Shown here: piece by piece, positions 58,013 to 64,000 of the stretch
How the letters are laid out: each line of letters opens with the position of its first letter
Numbering within the stretch: the first letter of the stretch is position 1
Assembly (NCBI GenBank): GCA_016794035.1
Contig: JAEUHS010000019.1
Coordinates: 62,247-126,246, forward strand
Length of the DNA: 64,000 nucleotides
Direction: 5' to 3'
DNA from: Planctomycetota bacterium
Lineage (GTDB): Bacteria > Planctomycetota > UBA1135 > UBA2386
Translations under genes and position numbers: made by a program
The notes under the pieces: model-generated
Database searches by the model: none
Told to the model about the DNA's origin: nothing
The model's input: the letters and a program-made list of their open reading frames with translations, nothing else

Positions 58013-58882
58013 TCACGGATTGCAGGCCGGGCAGCTGCCCGGATCGACGTCCCGACGCCCATCGGGGCGCGGCAGTTCGCGGCGGGTCGGGCAGCGCGCG
58101 CAGCCGTGTAGGAACGCGCGCGGCCACGACGTCGGTGCGCCGCACAGCGCGCACGGCAGGCCGCGCACGACCTCGACCTGCCCGAAGCCGGGCAGCGCAC
58201 AGCCGGGGCACGGCGTCGCCGCGCGCGTCGCGAGCGCAGCGGCGGCGCGTTCGATGGCGCGCATGCGGGTCGGGTTGTGGTGGGCGCGCATGTCGCTGCT
58301 GACGAACATGGGCACGTCGCGGTTCGCCGCGGCCCGCTGCAGGTCGGTGACGGCGGCCGTCAGTGCCGGCAGGTCGCGGAGACCGCGGTGCACGCGCTGC
58401 GGCGGGTCGCCGAGCACCAGCACCAGGCCGTGGTCGGGGAAGCCCGTGCGCTGGCCGAAGGCGCGGATCTCGTCGAGATCGCGACAGCGCCGGCGCGCGT
58501 GGTTGGTCTCGGTCGTCAGGTCTTCGCCGACGATCTCGAGGTGTTCGCGCCGGTCGACGAGCAGCACCAGCTCGGCGCCGAGCTGCAGGAAGGGCGCGTC
58601 CGGGTGCGGCACGAAGCTGCCCTCGCTGGCGACGGCGAGGTCGGTGCCGCTGGCGGTCATGCCCGCGTCGGCCTTCGCCCGCGCCGCATCGAGTGCGGTG
58701 CCGAGGCGCGGCACGTCGCCGCTGAAGGTGCCGAAGCGATCGCTGTCGAAGCCAGGCGGCGGCACGACGCAGCGCACCCCGAGGCGGGCCTCGAGCAGGG
58801 GCGCGACCACCCGCTCCTTGCCGTGCATCGTCGCGATGCACAGCGTGCGGCCCGCGAACGCACGCGCCGGGTCGCGCGCCAT
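58013..58882 (-). CDS. Uncharacterised protein with four C-terminal CxxC motifs, coupled to dabA (possibly the family catalogued as DUF6671; from memory, unverified)
   Basis: The ATG at 58882 lies 3 nt after the dabA stop. Sequence: LCIATMHGKERVVAPLLE..GTFSG..VASEGSF..SSDMRAHHNPTRM. C-terminus: CPGC..CALC..CARC..CPAC. Confidence 0.7.
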   Translation of the reverse strand: MARDPARAFAGRTLCIATMHGKERVVAPLLEARLGVRCVVPPPGFDSDRFGTFSGDVPRLGTALDAARAKADAGMTASGTDLAVASEGSFVPHPDAPFLQLGAELVLLVDRREHLEIVGEDLTTETNHARRRCRDLDEIRAFGQRTGFPDHGLVLVLGDPPQRVHRGLRDLPALTAAVTDLQRAAANRDVPMFVSSDMRAHHNPTRMRAIERAAAALATRAATPCPGCALPGFGQVEVVRGLPCALCGAPTSWPRAFLHGCARCPTRRELPRPDGRRDVDPGSCPACNP

Positions 58883-58885
58883 GGG

Positions 58886-61372
58886 TCAGCCCTGCGGCGC
58901 GGTCGGTGTCCAGCCGCCGTCCGGCGCGCGCACGTGCGAGTTGCCCTCGTCGTCGAGGCGGAACAGATGCAGCCAGCCGTGCTCGACGAGCTGGCGCACG
59001 GTCGTGTGCGCCGCGAGCACGTTCTCGATCGCGTGCTGCGGCGCCGCGAGGAACACGCTGAGCCGCAGCGGTGTGTGGCGCCAGTGCTGACCGTCGTGCA
59101 GCGACTGCATCGGCAGACCCGTGCGCAGGTCGCCGCCGTTGCCCTCGAACACGCCGAGCGTGCCGCCGACGACGTTGTGCAGCACCTTGTTGCCGCTGCC
59201 GAAGCGGCGGTTGTCCACGGTCGAGGCGTGGTACTGCAGGTTGATCCAGTTCGTGACGACCATCGGCGCCGTCATGATCAGCGTCAGTACCGCGAAGTCG
59301 TCGTCGCCGCGCCAGTCGTAGTCGTGCAGGAACACGCGGCCGCCCAGGTCGAGGTGGCGGGTCTGCGCGCGCGGCGCGACCACGAACGCGGCGTTGTCGG
59401 CGAGACCCCACTCGGGCCGAACCTGGGCCCAGTCGGCCGCACGGCGGCGCAGCGCCGTCGCCAGTGCCGGCGCGTCGGTGCGCAGGTGCTCGAGTCCGAG
59501 CGACGGCGCGCGCTCCGCGCGGGTGCGGTCGCCGCCCTGCACCAGCCACGCGCGCAGCTGCCGCAGATCGTCGAGGTGGCTCGCCGGCACGGCGTCGGTG
59601 TCGAACAACCGCAGCTCGTCGGTGGTGGTGTCGTGCAGCCCGGCGACGAAGTGCGTCGTCGCCGCGAGGTCGACGCCGCGCTCGCGCAGGCCGTTGCGCA
59701 CGCCGGCGTCGTTCAGCAGTTGCGCCAGCAGCCGCGCGTTGACCTCGCCGGTCTGGCCGCCGCAGGCGCCGCAGTCGAGGCCGGCGGCGTGCGGGTTGTT
59801 GGTGCTGCTGCTGCCGTGGCCGGCGAGCAGCACCAGGCGCGCGTGCCCGCGCACAAGGCCCATCGCCCGCAGCACGCCATGGGCGAGGTCGACACGTTGG
59901 GCCGCCGTCGCCGCCACCGTGCCGGTGCCCCAGGCGGGCTTCAGCCGCGCGATCGCGTCGGCACGCAGGCCCGCGTGTTCGGCGCGCTCGGGCGGCGCCG
60001 CGCTGCCGAGGCTGCGGCGCAGCAGGTCGACGCCGTAGAGCAGGCCGCACGACTCGACGAACGTGAACGCCGACGCGGCCGCGGTGCGGAACTCGCCCCA
60101 GCGCCGGCGCCAGCCCAGCGCGCGCTGGCGGCCGGCGACCAGGTCGCCGTCGGCGGCCGCAGCGGCCGTCGATTGCGTCGTGGTCTGCGCCGGCGCCAGC
60201 AGGCCCGGCAGCTGCGGCCGCACCGCCTCGGTGCCCAGTGGCGCGTGCGCGATCGGCAGGCCGAAGAAGCCGGCGAACCCGCGCGTGGCGACGGCGTCGC
60301 CGCCGGCGGTTTCGAGCGCGCGGCGGAACCGTTCGGAGCGAACGTCGATGCAGAACACCGCCTGCGCGGCCGGCGTCGCCGTCGGCGGCGACAACGCGGC
60401 GCTGCGGCGCAGGCCGGCGCAGAGTTCCTGCTGGAAGGCGATCTCGAGCGCGTGCTGCAGCAGCCAGTCGGGCACCTGCTGACGGTGCAGCTGCGCCGCG
60501 GCATCGGCCTGCCCGGTCCACCGCTGGCGCCACGCCGGCAGCTGCGGCTGCAGGTCTTCGTCCTCGACCAGCAGCAGCTCCCAGGCCAGCCGGATCGCCA
60601 GCAACTCGACGAGGTGCTCGTCGCCGCCACCCGCCAGGTTCGCCTGCCAGCGGCGGTACGCGCACCATGCCGCCCAGCCGCGGATGCTGCCGAGCAGCGC
60701 CGTGAAGTAGGGCGCGCGCTGGTTCGCGCCGAGCCCGAGCGACACGGTGGCGGTCGCGATGCACTGCCGTGCGGTCGCCGGCAGCGCCGCGACCCGCCGT
60801 GCGAAGCGCGCGTGGCCGGCGCGCATCGGCAGGCCGCGATCGAGCGCGACGCGATGGCGCCAGCTGCCGTAGAGGCCGAGATCGCGCGACAAGGCCCAGG
60901 CCGACTGGGTGCGGTCGAAATAGGCCGCCGCGTGCTGGCTGATCTGATGGATCGCGAGATCGGTCCAGCGCTGCGGTTCGTCGGGTCGGCGGTTGCCGTC
61001 GGCGAGGTCGGTGACCAGCGGCAGCGGTTCGGGCGACGGTTGGTCCTGCTGCATCGCCGCGACCAGGTCGTCGACCGCGCAGGCCGCGCCCGCCGCGTCG
61101 ATCGCGGCCTCCAGGTGTTCGCGCCGGAGCCGTCCGGCGCGCCACTGTGCCAGGTGGTAGGCGCGCGGCATCAGCAGGCTCGCACCGGCCAGCGTGCCGA
61201 GCTCGGCGGCGACGGTCGTGATCGGCTGGTCGAGGTGGCCCCAGTACGGATTGACGGCGAGGAACTGGTCGAGCGGCCAGACCGGCGCGATGCGGCGGCA
61301 GGCCTGGTCGACGTCGTGGTCCAGTTCGGACGCGGGCATGGTGCGCGGCGAGGTCGGGAGGATGGCGGTCAT
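58886..61372 (-). CDS. dabA: DabA (DUF2309/UPF0753), catalytic subunit of a DAB inorganic-carbon pump
   Basis: From the ATG at 61372: APVWPLDQFLAVNPYWG, VFCIDVRSERFRRALE (Cys-x-Asp), LLAGHGSSSTNNPHAAGLDCGACGG (His..Cys), DYDWRGD. The ATG overlaps the dabB stop (ATGA). Confidence 0.88.
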   Translation of the reverse strand: MTAILPTSPRTMPASELDHDVDQACRRIAPVWPLDQFLAVNPYWGHLDQPITTVAAELGTLAGASLLMPRAYHLAQWRAGRLRREHLEAAIDAAGAACAVDDLVAAMQQDQPSPEPLPLVTDLADGNRRPDEPQRWTDLAIHQISQHAAAYFDRTQSAWALSRDLGLYGSWRHRVALDRGLPMRAGHARFARRVAALPATARQCIATATVSLGLGANQRAPYFTALLGSIRGWAAWCAYRRWQANLAGGGDEHLVELLAIRLAWELLLVEDEDLQPQLPAWRQRWTGQADAAAQLHRQQVPDWLLQHALEIAFQQELCAGLRRSAALSPPTATPAAQAVFCIDVRSERFRRALETAGGDAVATRGFAGFFGLPIAHAPLGTEAVRPQLPGLLAPAQTTTQSTAAAAADGDLVAGRQRALGWRRRWGEFRTAAASAFTFVESCGLLYGVDLLRRSLGSAAPPERAEHAGLRADAIARLKPAWGTGTVAATAAQRVDLAHGVLRAMGLVRGHARLVLLAGHGSSSTNNPHAAGLDCGACGGQTGEVNARLLAQLLNDAGVRNGLRERGVDLAATTHFVAGLHDTTTDELRLFDTDAVPASHLDDLRQLRAWLVQGGDRTRAERAPSLGLEHLRTDAPALATALRRRAADWAQVRPEWGLADNAAFVVAPRAQTRHLDLGGRVFLHDYDWRGDDDFAVLTLIMTAPMVVTNWINLQYHASTVDNRRFGSGNKVLHNVVGGTLGVFEGNGGDLRTGLPMQSLHDGQHWRHTPLRLSVFLAAPQHAIENVLAAHTTVRQLVEHGWLHLFRLDDEGNSHVRAPDGGWTPTAPQG

Positions 61373-62901
61373 CGGGTGGCCTCTGTGGCGGTGGTGAGCG
61401 GGGTGCGGGCGGCGGTGCGGATCGGCCAGACGCGCAGCGTCAGGCGCGTGAACCACTCGTCGAGGAACAGCCCGCCGTAGAACCAGGCGTGCAGCCGCTG
61501 GGCGAACGCACCCTGGGGGCGCAGCGCGAGTGCCGACTGGGCGACGAACAGCAGCACGAAGCAGCCCAGCACCCAGGCCGCCAGCGCCGCGGAGGTCCCG
61601 GCGGGGCCGAGCGCGAGCCAGCCGTGCAGCAACCGGTGCAGCGTGAAGTAGACGACGGCGACGGCGAACGCCGCGCCGAGCCCGCGCAGTTGGTGCCACG
61701 TCCGGCTCGCCGTCGGGTGGCCGGCCAGCAGCGGCGTCAGCGCCAGACTGACGATCGCGGCGACCGCCAGCAGCGCCGGCTGGTCGCGAAGCTGCACGCC
61801 GCAGAGCCAGCTCGCGGCGACCACCATGCCGATGCCCGCCAGCGCGGCGCCGGCGCGCGCCGGCCCCGTCGCGGTCGCGGTCGCCGGCGTCATCGCGCGC
61901 ACGATGCCCTGCTGCACCGTCGTGCCCGCGCCGAGGAAGCTGCAGGCCTTGTAGAGCGAGTGGGCGACCAGGTGCAGCAGCGCCAGCTCGTAGAGCCCCA
62001 GGCCGCACTGCAGCACCATGAAGCCCATCTGCGCGCACGTCGACCAGGCCAGCGCGACCTTGATGCTGATGCGCGTGCTCATGACCAGCGCCGCGAGCAC
62101 CGCCGTCAGGCTGCCGACGACGACCAGCAGCGCCTGCGCGACCGGCACCGCGGTGACCAGCGGCGCGGTGCGGATCAGCACGAAACCGCCGAGGTTGACG
62201 ACGCCCGCGTGCAGCAGCGCCGACACCGGCGTCGGCGCCTCCATCACCTGCATCAGCCAGCCGTGGAACGGCAGCTGGGCGCTCTTCAGCAGCACCGCCA
62301 GCGCGAGCAGCACGACCGCGACCTGCGCCGCCGCGTCGAGCGGGCCGCCGTTCGCCGCCAGCAGCTGCAGTTCGGGGATGCGCAGCGTGTCGAGCGACGT
62401 CGCGAACAGCAGGAGCGCGCCGGCCATGCAGACGTCGGCCAGGCGGCTGACGAGGAACTTCTTGTGCGCCGCCATCTGCGCGGCGGGACGCTCGCCGTAG
62501 AACGTCAGCAGGTTGCCGAGCGACAGGCTGGTGCCGAGCCATGCGACCGCCAGCACGGCCAGGTGATCGGTCGCCACCACGAGGCTGGACCCGGCGAGCG
62601 TCGCCAGCAGCCAGCGCACGAAGGCCTGTTGGCGAGGTTCGCCGGCGAGGTAGGTCGCCGCGTAGCGGGTGATGACCCAGCCGATGAAGCCGACCAGCAC
62701 CAGCACGACGGCGGCCGCCGTCGGCCAGCCGGCGGCGAGCGCCGCCAGGGCGGTCAGGCCCGCCAGCAGGACGGTGGCGTGCGCGCGGCGCCACGCGGTC
62801 GCGACCGCGAGCCCGGGCCGGCCGGCGACGAGCGCCCCGAGCAGCAGCAGCGTCGGGACGGCATGGGAGAGCAGGGTCCGCAGGTCGAGGGGGTCGGGCA
62901 T
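61369..62901 (-). CDS. dabB: DabB, NuoL/MnhA-like proton-conducting membrane subunit
   Basis: 510 aa and polytopic. KSAQLPFHGWL and PVSALLHAGVVNLGGF are typical of the Proton_antipo_M family (NuoL/ND5-like). It lies directly upstream of dabA. Confidence 0.85.
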   Translation of the reverse strand: MPDPLDLRTLLSHAVPTLLLLGALVAGRPGLAVATAWRRAHATVLLAGLTALAALAAGWPTAAAVVLVLVGFIGWVITRYAATYLAGEPRQQAFVRWLLATLAGSSLVVATDHLAVLAVAWLGTSLSLGNLLTFYGERPAAQMAAHKKFLVSRLADVCMAGALLLFATSLDTLRIPELQLLAANGGPLDAAAQVAVVLLALAVLLKSAQLPFHGWLMQVMEAPTPVSALLHAGVVNLGGFVLIRTAPLVTAVPVAQALLVVVGSLTAVLAALVMSTRISIKVALAWSTCAQMGFMVLQCGLGLYELALLHLVAHSLYKACSFLGAGTTVQQGIVRAMTPATATATGPARAGAALAGIGMVVAASWLCGVQLRDQPALLAVAAIVSLALTPLLAGHPTASRTWHQLRGLGAAFAVAVVYFTLHRLLHGWLALGPAGTSAALAAWVLGCFVLLFVAQSALALRPQGAFAQRLHAWFYGGLFLDEWFTRLTLRVWPIRTAARTPLTTATEATR

Positions 62902-62990
62902 GGTCGCGCGGGGGAGTCGTTGCTGACGAGGTCGCGCCCGATGTTGCCGTTCCCTCAGACTTCTGCAAAGATCGTATATCTGTAAGCAAC

Positions 62991-63007
62991 GTTCTTGGAT
63001 AACGAAC
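62991..63007. promoter_or_regulatory. Candidate LysR-type dyad (TTC-N9-GAA, i.e. T-N11-A) in the AT-rich dabB / LysR divergent control region
   Basis: GTTCTTGGATAACGAAC is an interrupted inverted repeat (GTTC/GAAC). It sits within 62958-63008, the only clearly AT-rich stretch I noticed among the intergenic regions I read closely. A possible minus-strand promoter is TTATCC-18nt-TATACG (plus-strand coordinates 63002-62973). Confidence 0.3.
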
Positions 63008-63011
63008 GCAG

Positions 63012-63914
63012 ATGCCGCCGCTCAACTTCCATCACCTGCACTACTTCTGGGCCGTCGCCAAGGAGGGCAGCCTCACGCGTGCCGCCAACCGCCTGCACGT
63101 GTCGCAGTCGGCGCTGTCGACGCAGGTCCGCCAGCTCGAGCAGCAGATCGGGCGGCCGCTGTTCGTGCGGCAGGCGCGCAGCATGCAGATGACCGAGGCC
63201 GGTCGTCTGGCGCTGTCCTACGCCGAGACGATCTTCGCGTCGGGGGCCGAGCTGATGGCGGTGCTGCAACAGGGTCGCTCACCGGCGCGGCAGGTGCTGC
63301 GCATCGGCGCGGTGGCGACGCTGTCGCGCAACTTCCAGGAGAACCTGTGCAAGCCGCTGCTGCTGCGCGAGGACGTCGAGCTGGTGCTGCAGTCCGGCAG
63401 CCTGCAGGAGCTGCTGACGCGGCTGCGCGTGCACACGCTCGACCTGATCCTGTCGAACCGGCGCGTGGTGGGCACCGCCGACGACCCGTGGCGCTGCCGC
63501 CGCATCGCGCGGCAGCCGGTCAGCCTGGTCGGCAAGCCGCGGCCGAAGCGCCGCGCGTTCCGCTACCCGGACGAACTCGCCGAGGTGCCGCTGCTGCTGC
63601 CGAGCCGCGACAGCGACATCCGCGCCGGCTTCGACGTCACCTGTGCGCAGCTCGGCATCCGCTACCGCCTGCGCGCCGAGGTCGACGACATGGCCCTGCT
63701 GCGCCTGCTGGCCCGCGACTCCGACAGCGTCGCGCTGGTGCCGACCGTCGTCGTCCAGGACGAACTGCGCAGCGGCCGCCTGACCGAGTACTGCGTCGTG
63801 CCCGACCTGTTCGAGAACTTCTACGCGATCACCGTGCAACGGCGGTTCGCGCCGCCGCTGCTGAAGACGCTGCTGGAGCGCTCGGAGGCCGAGGTGCTCG
63901 GCGCGCCGGCGTGA
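63012..63914 (+). CDS. LysR-family regulator, NhaR-like subgroup
   Basis: MPPLNFHHLHYFWAVAKEGSLTRAANRLHVSQSALSTQVRQLEQQIG resembles the NhaR N-terminus (LN.NHL.YFW.V.KEGS). It is divergent from dabB. Confidence 0.85.
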   Translation: MPPLNFHHLHYFWAVAKEGSLTRAANRLHVSQSALSTQVRQLEQQIGRPLFVRQARSMQMTEAGRLALSYAETIFASGAELMAVLQQGRSPARQVLRIGAVATLSRNFQENLCKPLLLREDVELVLQSGSLQELLTRLRVHTLDLILSNRRVVGTADDPWRCRRIARQPVSLVGKPRPKRRAFRYPDELAEVPLLLPSRDSDIRAGFDVTCAQLGIRYRLRAEVDDMALLRLLARDSDSVALVPTVVVQDELRSGRLTEYCVVPDLFENFYAITVQRRFAPPLLKTLLERSEAEVLGAPA

Positions 63915-63940
63915 GCGGGTCCCGCGCCGCGCGAGCGCGT

Positions 63941-64000
63941 CACCGCTGCACGGCCTTGCCCAGCGCCACCAGCCATGCGCGCACCTCCTCGTCGGTGAGC
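63941..64000 (-). CDS. 3' end of an unidentified gene running out of the window
   Basis: The reverse complement reads ..LTDEEVRAWLVALGKAVQR-stop (stop codon at 63941-63943). Only 19 codons are visible. Confidence 0.3.

Noticed and set aside
57800-58111. ORF 57800..58111 (+, 103 aa) as a gene filling the 333-bp gap.
   Set aside because: Its composition is Ala/Arg-rich low complexity. It runs antisense into the well-supported gene at 58013..58882, and I recognise no motif in it.

Overview
The window is a very GC-rich bacterial chromosomal segment (roughly 70% GC or more by eye, not computed) and is densely coded. I support 47 protein-coding genes (2 cut by the window edges), one tRNA-Arg(CCT), a 3 x 97-bp intergenic tandem repeat, and a few hairpin or regulatory sites. 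I saw no transposase, integrase, CRISPR array, rRNA or reverse transcriptase.

Because of the GC content, the six-frame track is full of very long Arg/Ala/Pro/Gly-rich ORFs that are artefacts. I chose frames and starts by family-level similarity, signal peptides, RBS-like sequences and stop/start coupling.

Housekeeping genes recognised: carB, serA, proS, ribBA, aat, udk, sppA, a class II photolyase, a PduO-type adenosyltransferase and a transaldolase-family gene.

Four regions deserve a second look:
1. 18.07-34.36 kb: 16 co-directional, mostly stop/start-coupled genes. They begin with an ECF sigma/anti-sigma pair and an orphan PilM-PilN-like fusion with a PilO-like partner. Next come a coiled-coil protein ending in a RelE/ParE-like domain that overlaps aat. 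The run ends in an expanded Bat-like MoxR/DUF58/VWA operon headed by a 1344-aa BatD-like protein. A 2103-aa secreted protein converges on this run.
2. 58.0-63.9 kb: a DAB-type inorganic-carbon pump (dabB-dabA). It has a divergent NhaR-like LysR regulator and a tightly coupled third gene encoding an uncharacterised four-CxxC protein.
3. 664-955: the structured 97-bp tandem repeat.
4. 1516-1760: a terminator-bearing 5' leader upstream of the adenosyltransferase gene.

All functional calls come from my own reading of the translated sequences. No database search was run.
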